IMG/VR virus record: IMGVR_UViG_3300028179_000157
Length of the DNA stretch: 64,000 bases
Direction: 5' to 3' (one strand)
Source: an uncultured virus (IMG/VR IMGVR_UViG_3300028179_000157)
Taxonomy: Duplodnaviria > Heunggongvirae > Uroviricota > Caudoviricetes
Shown here: positions 29,994 through 39,745 of the stretch, one piece after another
Position numbering within the stretch: the stretch's first letter is position 1
Layout: each line of letters starts with the position of its first letter
The notes under the pieces: generated by a model
Told to the model about the DNA's origin: nothing
What the model saw: only the letters and a program-made list of their open reading frames with translations
The model's database searches: none
Position numbers and translations under genes: made by a program

Positions 29994-30036
29994 CGGCATA
30001 AAAGCATAGAGCCGGGCTTGCGCCCGGCTCTATGCC
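29994..30036. terminator. Bidirectional hairpin between convergent genes
   Basis: CGGCATA, then a perfect 14-bp stem GCATAGAGCCGGGC-TTGC-GCCCGGCTCTATGC. Confidence 0.8.
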
Positions 30037-30059
30037 CTAACCTGGAAGAAGTTCTTCTT

Positions 30060-30518
30060 TTAACCCTGGCCGAGGACGTTGGACGTCTTCGGCTGATTCA
30101 ATTCCTGGATGGTGCGAATTACCTTGCGGGTGTCTTCGCGCATCTGGGACAGGTCGTATTTCAGCCATGCAGGGCATCTGGCGATCACCTGCGCAATCAG
30201 AAGATCCAGATCAGCGCCACAAAGGGCACCCAGACATGTGAGGTCTTCTTTCCGGTTCTCATCCTTCCACACCAGTGGAGTGAGGAGTGCAGGAAATTCG
30301 AACGCTTGCCCGTTCTCACGGACCAGTTGCTCGAAAACCGTGTTGAGCTTGGCCATCACCAGCCGGTCCATGCGCTTGCTGGCGGACAAGTGCATGTAGA
30401 GGGTGACGGCAAAGATCACTTGCTTGACGTGCAGAGAAACCGCACGCGAGAAGAAGTCACTGAAGAAAGATCCCAGCGATGACTTCATCGACGTGGTCAT
30501 GGATCCACTGACATTCAT
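30060..30518 (-). CDS. Hypothetical protein
   Basis: 152-aa ORF filling the gap between the terminator and RNase H. Confidence 0.6.
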   Translation of the reverse strand: MNVSGSMTTSMKSSLGSFFSDFFSRAVSLHVKQVIFAVTLYMHLSASKRMDRLVMAKLNTVFEQLVRENGQAFEFPALLTPLVWKDENRKEDLTCLGALCGADLDLLIAQVIARCPAWLKYDLSQMREDTRKVIRTIQELNQPKTSNVLGQG

Positions 30519-30586
30519 GTAAGGTGTCTCAAAAGCAGCTTCAACGTAGAAACTCCCTGCCCCCTTGGTAGGAGGCAGGCCCTGGT

Positions 30587-32110
30587 TTAACGCGGCAGCA
30601 GTACGAGGTTGGAGTACGGGCTGGAGTAGATCACCGCATCGTCAACAGTCTGCACGACCGTGGCGAAGCGGAAAGCCTGACCGGATTCTTTCCACGTTAC
30701 AACCGTTACCTTAGGCGACAGTTCCGCAATCGCACTGAGGGCATTACGAACAGCGATATCCTGACCCACGGTCAAGCAAAGCTTGGCTTCACCCTTGTGA
30801 GTATCCGTGTCGAAGCCGACGACGGCGTCGATGGATTTCAACGATCCGTTGATCTCTGGGAGCAGCTTTGTCTTGCTTGCGGACTTACCGGGAGTGGATA
30901 CATAGAGTAAGTCGGTAATGTCGGTGTAGACCATTCCCGGCTTCTTCTCCAATGTCGCTTCCAGCACGTCCTCCAGAGTACCGAGAACTTCCAACGCCCG
31001 GAAAGCCATCCGAGGCGGGTTCAGTTCTTCAGTCAGCGGGAGATGGCGAGCTGTGTTAGGCGACTTGGAGTTCTGGTCGTCATCCTGACGAATCTGGTAG
31101 ACACCGCCGACCAGCGAGATATCCAGACGACGCGGATTACCACGGGTCATGAACGTATCGCCATATTCCAGCAGGTCGTTGTACACGTCCTTGTGGAGGA
31201 TGTTCTTCAGCTTGCCGAAGATCAGCGAGTTGGCTGTGGAACGATCGACCTGGTTCTGGTAGGTACGCACCAGTTCCATGACCGGATCAGGTTCCTTCAG
31301 GAACATCACGCTGTAGCACGAGTTGGCAATCGGCTTGCCGTGGTACTCGATCTTTTCCTGCAGATCGCAGGTGTAGTAGATCGTGCGCCCATCCTTGGAT
31401 GCGTTCTCGGTGCTGATGTGGGTGTTGAACAACCACCCGGTCTGGTAGATCAGACGATTGCGATCGTTGTCCCGGTTCCAGTAACCCTTCCCCGGTGTGA
31501 GGTCTCGTACCGTGAGCACGACCCGGTTGACCGAGGCCGACACTGCACGTGTTGCCAAGCTGTCCGCCAGATGGTTGCCGAGATTACCACTGTGACCCTT
31601 GACCCAGTTGTAACGGGTCTTGGTGCCACCATCTTCGACTTCACGCTTCAGGGCGAGCAGCTGTTCCCACAACTTTCGGTTAGGCACTTCATTGCCGTCC
31701 GGTCGCATCCACCCCCGGCTCTCCCAGCCCTTGTGCCATTCAGTCATGCCCTTCAGCACGTACTGACTGTCCAAGTGCATGGTCACCGCTTTGAGCCCGT
31801 GGTCACGGACAAAGGTGAATGCTTCAATCGCTGCCATCAGTTCAGCGATGTTATTGGTAGATCCGTCCGGGAGCGTCCCGAAGAAGTCGACGTAATCGAC
31901 GACCGAAATCGAGGGCTTGCCCGTTGCTTTCATTTCGTAGCCACCCGCTTCCGGGTTGGCCTTCGGACAGCCCGAACCTTGCTTGGGCGCGTCCAGAGTA
32001 AAGGTGTAGCCATGAATGCCCCAGCCGCCAGGGCCGCGTGGTGGCATGCACCCGCCGTCGGTATAGAGAACCGCGTGGGTAGCTTTGATATCTTCGTTCT
32101 TCTCTGCCAT
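30587..32110 (-). CDS. rnhA: Ribonuclease HI with C-terminal extension
   Basis: LYTDGG, STNNIAELMA, LDSQYV, WVKGHSG..GN.LAD.LA motifs. Confidence 0.92.
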   Translation of the reverse strand: MAEKNEDIKATHAVLYTDGGCMPPRGPGGWGIHGYTFTLDAPKQGSGCPKANPEAGGYEMKATGKPSISVVDYVDFFGTLPDGSTNNIAELMAAIEAFTFVRDHGLKAVTMHLDSQYVLKGMTEWHKGWESRGWMRPDGNEVPNRKLWEQLLALKREVEDGGTKTRYNWVKGHSGNLGNHLADSLATRAVSASVNRVVLTVRDLTPGKGYWNRDNDRNRLIYQTGWLFNTHISTENASKDGRTIYYTCDLQEKIEYHGKPIANSCYSVMFLKEPDPVMELVRTYQNQVDRSTANSLIFGKLKNILHKDVYNDLLEYGDTFMTRGNPRRLDISLVGGVYQIRQDDDQNSKSPNTARHLPLTEELNPPRMAFRALEVLGTLEDVLEATLEKKPGMVYTDITDLLYVSTPGKSASKTKLLPEINGSLKSIDAVVGFDTDTHKGEAKLCLTVGQDIAVRNALSAIAELSPKVTVVTWKESGQAFRFATVVQTVDDAVIYSSPYSNLVLLPR

Positions 32111-32163
32111 GTCAAAACCGCCGCTAGTATTCCTATCTGATTGGTAGCCCAGGTAAAGAAATA

Positions 32164-32715
32164 CTAGCGACGACGTGGACCCCCGGTATCAAAAGGTGCA
32201 ACCACCTCATGGCCGGTAGCAGAGGAAGAGACAGGCGGAGCGGGTGGGACTTCATCTCGCTTCAGAGCCTCGATCCTGTCGACGATCTGCGAGGTTTCCG
32301 GAGTAGCCTGAGCCGCCTCACGCCGAACCGCTGGTGTCTTACCGTCCCGAGCCAACAGGGCGTTGGTCAGATCAGTAACGATGATCAGCGACTCTGCGTA
32401 CTTCGCCTCAAAGCGTACAGACCTCGTACGCTCCAGCTCAAGATCGCTGGACAACGTTTTGACTTTCCCCTGCTCAACCTCCAGCTGGTACTTCATCAGC
32501 TCACTCTGATGGTAAGTCGTACCTGCCGCAGTGTTGTAGGAGATGACCTTATCGGCCATGTACAAGAACATCAAGAACAGCAGGATGTTCAGCACAGTCA
32601 TCGCGGTGATGATCTTGTTCTTTCGGACAACCTCTTTCAGATCAGCATTGCCCAGGACCACTTCCTTCAGGAAGGGCCAGATGGCGAGAAGCCCCTTCAA
32701 CAGGCTGTACAGCAT
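32164..32715 (-). CDS. Membrane-anchored coiled-coil protein
   Basis: TM segment ITAMTVLNILLFLMFLYMA followed by a heptad-like segment. Confidence 0.6.
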   Translation of the reverse strand: MLYSLLKGLLAIWPFLKEVVLGNADLKEVVRKNKIITAMTVLNILLFLMFLYMADKVISYNTAAGTTYHQSELMKYQLEVEQGKVKTLSSDLELERTRSVRFEAKYAESLIIVTDLTNALLARDGKTPAVRREAAQATPETSQIVDRIEALKRDEVPPAPPVSSSATGHEVVAPFDTGGPRRR

Positions 32716-32793
32716 TTTACGTTTCCCCAGTGGGAGTAATGGTATGGCTTCTCATATTGATCTTTCTCCAAACTTCAGCACCGAGGTGTTTAG

Positions 32794-34137
32794 ATGCTTA
32801 ACCTGAAGGGCTTCCTGGTCATTGGACCAATGGCCGACAACGCACCCAACGTCGTGGCTGACTTCGGTGAGATCTCCGCCAAGGCGCTGACCTACGCAAC
32901 CGACCGTCTGCTCTACACCTCCCCTGACGCCAAGGGCGTGGGGCTGGTTGTCTTCCAGAGTATCGATGAAGGCACCGATGGCACCATCGAGCCACCGTTC
33001 GATATCCACGACAATGTCCTGAAGATCGGCGCGTGGTGCTACAACGCATCCGAGCAGGGCATCATCACTGGCACCCGTGAGGACTTCCTCACTGCCTTGA
33101 TGAACGAGTGGGGCGACAAGATCGACAACGTCACCTTCGGCGACCTGGTCACCGATGGTACGCGCTGGATGCCGGAGTTCCTCACCTGGCAGTTGACCGC
33201 CGGTACGAACGTGCCCGAGAACCGTCTGAAGATCTGGTTCTCCGACAAGGCCTTCCGCCTGCAGTACGACGCGTACACCATCCGCGTGGTGCCGCCGATC
33301 GACAACCTCGATGACTTCTTCGCCGATCCGCTGGACGTGCAGGCGCTGGTCAACCTGCGTACCGTCAGCGAGACCCTGGAACGTGTGGATGCAGCCACCA
33401 ACGGCTCCCCGTACACCACCGTTCGCGCCGACGTGTTCGACTACCAGGATCAGTTCGACCCGACCTTCAAGGTGCCGACGAACTGGACCACGATCCACTA
33501 CGGTATCGCGGGCAACAACATCGACACGATCAAGGAAGAGATCGTCAAGCACATCCTGGAGAACTCCACCCATCCTCGCGAGGACTGGGTCAAGATCTTC
33601 CCGGATCTGTTCACCAGCACCGAGTTTATCATGATTCCGAACTGGCTGCAATACGCCACGGAGAACAAGACGAACCAGGCTGGCATCTACTCCCCGATCC
33701 TGCGTCACCTGGACGGCATGCAGCTGGCGCGCTGGGCGTGCAAGAGTCCTGGCTACAACGAGGACCACTTCAGCACCTATGGCACCACCTTGCCGGTGAT
33801 GTTCAAGTCCATGTCGCTGATGGTGGTGGGTGGCCCGGAGAACCGCAACGGTACGTTCCTGCTGACGGACTACGTGAAGGACTACATCAACGTGCCCTCC
33901 ACGTCGATCGACTTCTCGCGCATGTCCCCGGCAACGCGTGAATGGGTCCATCTGGTCTCCACGCTGCTGACCGCGGCTGAAACCATGACCGAGTTCTCCG
34001 ACGTTCCGCAGAAGGTCAATCGCCTGATCCGTAACGGGGTCATCTACGCTGCTGCCAGCTTCAACAAGGTGCAGTATCTGGTCGTGGCCAAGGGCTGGCT
34101 GGAAAAGCAGACCGTTGAACCCGTACCGCAGCAGTGA
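32794..34137 (+). CDS. Putative virion structural protein
   Basis: 447-aa ORF, GAGGTG RBS, strong codon bias. Confidence 0.7.
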   Translation: MLNLKGFLVIGPMADNAPNVVADFGEISAKALTYATDRLLYTSPDAKGVGLVVFQSIDEGTDGTIEPPFDIHDNVLKIGAWCYNASEQGIITGTREDFLTALMNEWGDKIDNVTFGDLVTDGTRWMPEFLTWQLTAGTNVPENRLKIWFSDKAFRLQYDAYTIRVVPPIDNLDDFFADPLDVQALVNLRTVSETLERVDAATNGSPYTTVRADVFDYQDQFDPTFKVPTNWTTIHYGIAGNNIDTIKEEIVKHILENSTHPREDWVKIFPDLFTSTEFIMIPNWLQYATENKTNQAGIYSPILRHLDGMQLARWACKSPGYNEDHFSTYGTTLPVMFKSMSLMVVGGPENRNGTFLLTDYVKDYINVPSTSIDFSRMSPATREWVHLVSTLLTAAETMTEFSDVPQKVNRLIRNGVIYAAASFNKVQYLVVAKGWLEKQTVEPVPQQ

Positions 34138-34145
34138 GGTGATTG

Positions 34146-34760
34146 ATGGCAAGTATCCTTCCGCCCATTGAAACCCAGGGTCAGTTCGAGCTTCGCGCTC
34201 CCTGGGCTGCAGATGCATCCGTGGTCTACACGGTCAAAGCAATCCGTACGTTCCCGGAACTCCTCCAGGCTGACATCGACATCTTCGCTGATTTCTATCA
34301 GCCGATGGGTCTGGTGGAGAGTGACTACTTGGCTGACCAGTTGGGCGATGCCTGCATTGTCACGCTGATCTCGGACAAGAAAGCCACGATCAATGTCCCG
34401 GACACCTACATCTCCAAGTACCCCGATCAGGACATCGTGCCCTACATGCGCACGATCTTGGCCGTCAACTTGGGGATGGTGCCGCGCGACATGCCGTTGC
34501 AGTTTGTAGTTGAGCAGGTCTCTGCCGCTGTTTCCTCGTCGTTCGGCGTCATTCCTGCAATCTCCATTGCCTCGGCACCCTCCACAGGAGTGGTAACCAC
34601 GACGCAGCATGAAGCACTGGAACGAGTGCGCGGTGCTGCGGCTACCAATCGTGACACCACAGAAGCTCGCTTGATTGCCGCCAACGCCGAGATCGCTCGG
34701 CTGCAGGTGATCATAAAGGACTACGAGCGCTCGATCATGGAACAGACCATCATCGAGTAA
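34146..34760 (+). CDS. Hypothetical (putative virion) protein
   Basis: GAGGTG RBS overlapping the upstream stop; C-terminal coiled coil. Confidence 0.65.
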   Translation: MASILPPIETQGQFELRAPWAADASVVYTVKAIRTFPELLQADIDIFADFYQPMGLVESDYLADQLGDACIVTLISDKKATINVPDTYISKYPDQDIVPYMRTILAVNLGMVPRDMPLQFVVEQVSAAVSSSFGVIPAISIASAPSTGVVTTTQHEALERVRGAAATNRDTTEARLIAANAEIARLQVIIKDYERSIMEQTIIE

Positions 34761-34763
34761 CAA

Positions 34764-34799
34764 CATACGGGGAGGGGCTCGCGCCCCTCCCCTATGCCG
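34764..34799. terminator. Bidirectional hairpin between convergent genes
   Basis: CATAC-GGGGAGGGGC-TCGC-GCCCCTCCCC-TATGCCG. Confidence 0.8.
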
Positions 34800-35762
34800 T
34801 CAGGTGTACTTGAGGTTTGGTGCAGTGACGCTGGTGGTAGCCTTGATTACGTCAGCTTCGATCGAGCCGCCAGAGATCGTGCCGGTCATCTTGGACGTGC
34901 CAGTCACCACGAGATTGCCGATGGTGGCAGTGCCCTTGACGCCAAGGTTCTGGGCGATGTCGACGTCACCGCTGATTTTGGTGTTGGGTGCCTCCACCGT
35001 AACCAACTTGGTTTCCATCTTGATCTCATTGCCAGCCGTCATCTCAATGGAGTCTTTGGCCTTCATGAGGATCTTCTTGCGGTTCAGCTCCACCAACGTC
35101 TTGTCGGCGTTGAGCATGCGCAAGATCGTCTCCACCGAGTCGAACTCAAACTCGTTGCCCTTCTCATCGGCGATGAACATCGCGCCGTCTTTGAGATTGA
35201 GCTGAACGGTGAACACTGCCTTCTCGCCGTTCTTGGCAGAGTTCTCCAGCATGATGTACTGACCATGCGAGGACATCTCCAGGAAGTAGCAGAAGCCTTC
35301 CTTCGTGCCGTCTTCCTTCTCTTTGCTCGTGCCGGAGATGGAGTAACGCACCGTCTCCAGCTTACGCAGGTTCAGGTCGAGGTCCAGACAGTGCCAGTAC
35401 AGCTGAGGGGCATCGCCGAACTTCATGACGATCAGGCGCTCACCACGGCGTACGTTGGGCGGGGTCTGACGATTGCCGCCACCCAGGTTCAGCCACTGAG
35501 CGGACGGGGTGATGGTGCTCTCGGTCTTTTCGGTGTAGGCCTTACCTTCGCCGTCCACACCTTCGACTTCGACCTCGTTGTTCTCGGCAGTGATTTCACC
35601 GTCAGCCATCGGGAAGCCTTCCACCAGCCACACCCGCAGTTCGGTTTCAGGCTTGAGGTCTTCATCGGTTTCGATGGACAGGTTCTCTGCCGCGTAGGCG
35701 AAAGAGTGGAAGTGAAAGCCAGAGGGCAGTTCACCGAGATTGCTGGGAGCGGCGTCAGCCAT
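34800..35762 (-). CDS. Baseplate central spike (gpV/gp5-like)
   Basis: OB-fold-like N-terminus (AQWL.....RQTPPNVRRGERL) and beta-helix-like C-terminal repeats (ISGDVDIAQNLGVKG). Confidence 0.7.
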   Translation of the reverse strand: MADAAPSNLGELPSGFHFHSFAYAAENLSIETDEDLKPETELRVWLVEGFPMADGEITAENNEVEVEGVDGEGKAYTEKTESTITPSAQWLNLGGGNRQTPPNVRRGERLIVMKFGDAPQLYWHCLDLDLNLRKLETVRYSISGTSKEKEDGTKEGFCYFLEMSSHGQYIMLENSAKNGEKAVFTVQLNLKDGAMFIADEKGNEFEFDSVETILRMLNADKTLVELNRKKILMKAKDSIEMTAGNEIKMETKLVTVEAPNTKISGDVDIAQNLGVKGTATIGNLVVTGTSKMTGTISGGSIEADVIKATTSVTAPNLKYT

Positions 35763-35828
35763 GGAAGTACCTTCGTATTTAGTTACGCGGCGTTCTCAGG
35801 ATATGTAGAACAGCGCGAAAGGGTTCGT

Positions 35829-38303
35829 ATGCGAATTGAAAAGGTCGAGCTCGTAGGATATACACGTCTCGCAACGTTGAATAACATCCACGAGTTCATC
35901 TATACCCCCACCTCGGATTACCAGCTGATCCTGGGGACCAATGGGTGCGGCAAGAGTTCGGTGATGCGTGAGTTGTCCCCGCTCCCGGCGAACAAGGACG
36001 ACTTCGTGAAGGGTGGTCGAAAGGTCGTCCACCTCACCCATGAAAACAGCTATTACATCTTCACCTCTCTGATGACGGGTGGCACTGGCAAGCACAGTGT
36101 CCTCAAAGACGGCGTGGAGTTGAACACCAGTGGACTGGTCACTCTCCAACGTGATCTGGTCAAGCAGGAAGTGGGACTGGATCAGGAACTGCATGATCTG
36201 CTCACCGACCGTATCCGCTTCAGTCGGATGAAGGCCAACGATCGTCGCCATTGGGCAACCCGTCTGTCCACGGCTGACTACCGCTACGTCATGGTCAAGT
36301 ACAAGGAGTTCGCTACTCGTGCTCGTGACGCGGAAGGTTCGATCAAGGAGTACGAGCGCCGCGTGATCCAACAGACCACCCGTCTGCTGGCACTGGAGGA
36401 CATGGACAACCTTGATACCCGCATTGCTGACCTGACAGCAGAGTTGGTTGAACTGTTCTCCCAGCGCAAGTCTGACCTGCCGCATTTGAACGCGGTGTGG
36501 CATCAGTACAACAACAGCATCGAACAGATCGAGCGTGATGCCAAGGCATTGCTGAAGATCAACTCGTTCTTCCCGGCACAGTACAGCTTCACCAACGTCG
36601 AGCAGATGCAGGCGCACATCCACAAGCTCCAGGAAGACCTCAGCGGCGCACGGGGACGCTTCGACGTATACTCCCGCGACTACGCAGACATGGAGACTGT
36701 GATACGCGCTCTGGAGGAATCTGGGGCAGACAGCTTGGACAAGCTGCGCGAGATGCAGGACAAGCTTGGTCGTGACATTGCAGCCATTGATGAGCAGGTC
36801 ATCAACTTCTCCAATGCAAGTCCGAACAAGAACACCCTGTCTGATTCCCACGACGTCATCAACACCTTCGTGGATATCTTCTCCAGTCTGCCGGACAACA
36901 CCAACCGCTACTACACCAAGCAGCGGCGTGAGGAAGTGCGTACCGAGCTGACTGACCTGAAGCGCCAGATCCAAGGCGAGGAGAACAAGGTCGCCTCGGT
37001 TGAACGTCGAGTCGAGATGATCATGGCGGCCAAGGATTCCACCTGTCCCAAGTGCGGGTATGTGTGGAAGGAAGGTGTCAGCGAGAACGAGGTGGAGGGT
37101 CTGCTGGAAAGCAAGGCCATGCTGGAAGCTGGCGTGAAGATCTTGGAAGGGCGCTGCGTTGACCATGAGCGCTATCTGGAAGAGATCGACACGATCGCCT
37201 TGCAGTACACCCGCTACACCAAGCTGTGCCACGACTATCCGCGTCTGTCGCCTCTGTGGGACTACGTGGCAGCCAACAACTGCATGTCCTCCAATCCCAA
37301 GATGCACTCCGGGATGATTCACACGTGGATCAACGAGGCAACGCTGTTGGTGGAACGTGCGCAGAAGGCTGAAGACCTCGATCACATCCAAGCTGCTCTG
37401 CGTAAGTCCGACCTCACCGGTGGTGGGGAAGGTGCGCATTACAGCAAGCGACTGGCTCGACTGGAGCAGGACATTGCTACCACGTCCAACGAGATTGCAC
37501 ACCTGAGCAGTGAGATCTCCTCGCTGACCACGGTCAAGTCTCGTATCGACGAACAGTTGGCGCGCTTTGCTGATCTGACCATCCGCATGGCTCAGGCCTA
37601 CGAGCATGTGCAAAAGCTCGTGGAGATCGAAAAGAACAATGGCGTTGAAGGGGTGATCTCTACCCACCAGACTCAGCTGGCAGCATTGCAGCAGAAGATG
37701 ACGGAGAAGATCACACTGACGGCGATCATTGAAGACCTGAAGAAGGCGATGGAGGAAATGGAAGTCCGTCGTCGGGCGCTGCGGATCATCGAAGAAGAGC
37801 TCTCTCCCAAGAGCGGCTTGATCGCTTCGCTGGTGCTGGGTTTCATCAACGCGCTCACAGATCACATGAACTCTGTCATCGCTCCCATCTGGGAGTACGA
37901 CATGGCCATCCAGTCTTGTTCGATGGCAGAAGGCGATCTGGATTACAAGTTCCCGTTCATGGTGGCAGCTAACAGCAAGGCCATCAGTGACGTGTCGGAA
38001 GGGTCGGATGGTCAGGTGGAGTTGTTTGACTTCGCCTTCAAGTTGACGGCAATGGTTTACCTCAACCTGCAGAGCTACCCGCTCTGGCTGGATGAGCTGG
38101 GCAAGTACTTCGATGAGAAGCACCGGTCCAACCTGATGATGTTCCTGAAGAGCGTAGTGGATGATCGCACGATCACGCAGGTGTTCCTCACCTCCCACTC
38201 GGCTACTCAGTACATCACCATGAACCAAGCCCAAGCCTGCGTTCTGAACCCGGCCAACATCGTGGTGCCTGAAATCCACAACGAGCACGTGGTAATGCAC
38301 TGA
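35829..38303 (+). CDS. sbcC: SbcC/Rad50-like SMC ATPase
   Basis: Walker A GTNGCGKSS, coiled coils, zinc hook CPKCG, signature SDGQ, Walker B LWLDE, H-loop TSH. Confidence 0.92.
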   Translation: MRIEKVELVGYTRLATLNNIHEFIYTPTSDYQLILGTNGCGKSSVMRELSPLPANKDDFVKGGRKVVHLTHENSYYIFTSLMTGGTGKHSVLKDGVELNTSGLVTLQRDLVKQEVGLDQELHDLLTDRIRFSRMKANDRRHWATRLSTADYRYVMVKYKEFATRARDAEGSIKEYERRVIQQTTRLLALEDMDNLDTRIADLTAELVELFSQRKSDLPHLNAVWHQYNNSIEQIERDAKALLKINSFFPAQYSFTNVEQMQAHIHKLQEDLSGARGRFDVYSRDYADMETVIRALEESGADSLDKLREMQDKLGRDIAAIDEQVINFSNASPNKNTLSDSHDVINTFVDIFSSLPDNTNRYYTKQRREEVRTELTDLKRQIQGEENKVASVERRVEMIMAAKDSTCPKCGYVWKEGVSENEVEGLLESKAMLEAGVKILEGRCVDHERYLEEIDTIALQYTRYTKLCHDYPRLSPLWDYVAANNCMSSNPKMHSGMIHTWINEATLLVERAQKAEDLDHIQAALRKSDLTGGGEGAHYSKRLARLEQDIATTSNEIAHLSSEISSLTTVKSRIDEQLARFADLTIRMAQAYEHVQKLVEIEKNNGVEGVISTHQTQLAALQQKMTEKITLTAIIEDLKKAMEEMEVRRRALRIIEEELSPKSGLIASLVLGFINALTDHMNSVIAPIWEYDMAIQSCSMAEGDLDYKFPFMVAANSKAISDVSEGSDGQVELFDFAFKLTAMVYLNLQSYPLWLDELGKYFDEKHRSNLMMFLKSVVDDRTITQVFLTSHSATQYITMNQAQACVLNPANIVVPEIHNEHVVMH

Positions 38304-38314
38304 AGGAGAAATCG

Positions 38315-38737
38315 ATGGCAACTGATTTTGTGGAAAAGAAGTTCACGGCAGCCGAAGTGGCTGCCTTGCTCACCTCGGCCGATGACATGGGCGGTGGTCT
38401 GATCAACATCTTCGGCAACGACGTTGCCAATGTGCTGGTCACCGAAGGCGCTGACACGGAGAACATCCGTAAGCACTATCGCGCCACCTTGCAGGCAGTC
38501 AGCGAAGGGTTCATGGACCTGCGTGCCCCGAACGTACAGATGACGGTCTTCGTCAATCTGGTGCGCCGGATCATCCAGTCCACCCCGACTCCGGTCACCG
38601 AGATGGACAAGAACATCAAACGTCTCTTGTCGCGCTGTTACTTCACCAGCACCTTCTCGGCAAGCCTGTTGAAGCACATGCACTTCGATCGCATGGCCCA
38701 GAGCCAGTACGTGTACATGGTTCGTGATGCGGCATAG
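38315..38737 (+). CDS. Hypothetical protein
   Basis: AAGGAG RBS; 140 aa. Confidence 0.7.
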   Translation: MATDFVEKKFTAAEVAALLTSADDMGGGLINIFGNDVANVLVTEGADTENIRKHYRATLQAVSEGFMDLRAPNVQMTVFVNLVRRIIQSTPTPVTEMDKNIKRLLSRCYFTSTFSASLLKHMHFDRMAQSQYVYMVRDAA

Positions 38738-38768
38738 AGGGAGGGGCTTCGGCCCCTCCCCTTATGTT
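38730..38768. terminator. Bidirectional hairpin between convergent genes
   Basis: CGGCATAG (contains the stop codon), GGGAGGGGC-TTCG-GCCCCTCCC, CTTATGTT. Confidence 0.8.
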
Positions 38769-38769
38769 G

Positions 38770-39636
38770 TTACTTGTAGACGCGCTTGAGGTGGTCGAAG
38801 CCTTCGCGGTAGGCGTTGGCTGCCAGCACGGCGTGGTAGTACAGCGTGCTCAGCGCTTCGGCACGCGAGGCCAGGCGCCAGCCCATCTCGGCCATGACCT
38901 TCAGCTGCGGACCGGAGATGCGCTCGAAGCCCGGCTCTCGGTTGGTGATGCGCTTGGCCAGCTCACGCATCAGTTCGTCGGCACGGTCGAGGAAGCCGTT
39001 GAGCTTGCTCAGGTCCAGCTCGTTCATCATCAGCGCCAGATCGTTCAGACGGGCACCGGTGCGGTCGTAGGAACCGACGTTGGGATACAGCGAACCGAAG
39101 GGACGCGTCTTCAGCTGGTTGCTGCTGGAATCGGAGAAGCAGGCCAGCAGGCCCTGCAGGGTTTCGGCCGGTGCCTTGTCCGAGAGCATGTTGTGACGGC
39201 TGGAGGTGACGCTCTGCAGCTTGGTCGGTTCACCCAGCATCTCGCCCAGCCAGCCCACGCAGTCCGGCAGCTCGGTCACGGCAAAGCCGCAGAGATCCTT
39301 GTAGGCCTTGTGGAGCTCTTCGACCATGGACGGGTAGTCGCTCACCAGGCCACGCGGGATCGGCATCTCCGCCACAGCCAGCGAGGTGTAGGGGAACTTG
39401 GCGACGAAGTTGTGGATGGTCAGCGTGTTGAAGCCAGCACGCACCTTCAGATCCTTGCTGAAAGCCTGCTTCAGGTAGGCACTCACGCCCTTGACGAAGG
39501 TGTCAAGGCGGCCGGTGAAGGCATTGAGATACTGGTCCCCGTTCATCGACTCGGTCGAGATATGCTCGCTGAGCTGGTGTACTTCTTCCAGGCTCTGTTC
39601 TTCTTCGGTGTCTTCGGGCAGATCGATGTAGTTCAT
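38770..39636 (-). CDS. Putative internal head protein with acidic propeptide
   Basis: Start MNYIDLPEDTEEEQSLEE...ISTE; S-x-E motifs; adjacent to the RecA-like gene. Confidence 0.6.
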   Translation of the reverse strand: MNYIDLPEDTEEEQSLEEVHQLSEHISTESMNGDQYLNAFTGRLDTFVKGVSAYLKQAFSKDLKVRAGFNTLTIHNFVAKFPYTSLAVAEMPIPRGLVSDYPSMVEELHKAYKDLCGFAVTELPDCVGWLGEMLGEPTKLQSVTSSRHNMLSDKAPAETLQGLLACFSDSSSNQLKTRPFGSLYPNVGSYDRTGARLNDLALMMNELDLSKLNGFLDRADELMRELAKRITNREPGFERISGPQLKVMAEMGWRLASRAEALSTLYYHAVLAANAYREGFDHLKRVYK

Positions 39637-39745
39637 TCGAGTTCCTTGACTCAATGTTGAAAAGGGTGCGTGCGGAACGCTGCTCATAAAAATAAACGTA
39701 CGGACGCTATCGTTTGATGATTTCACAGACAACAGGTGTGCAAAA

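Noticed and set aside
34794..35828. 345-aa N-terminal extension of SbcC in the ORF track
   Set aside because: It is antisense to the spike gene; the true start is MRIEKVEL at 35829, typical of the SMC N-terminus
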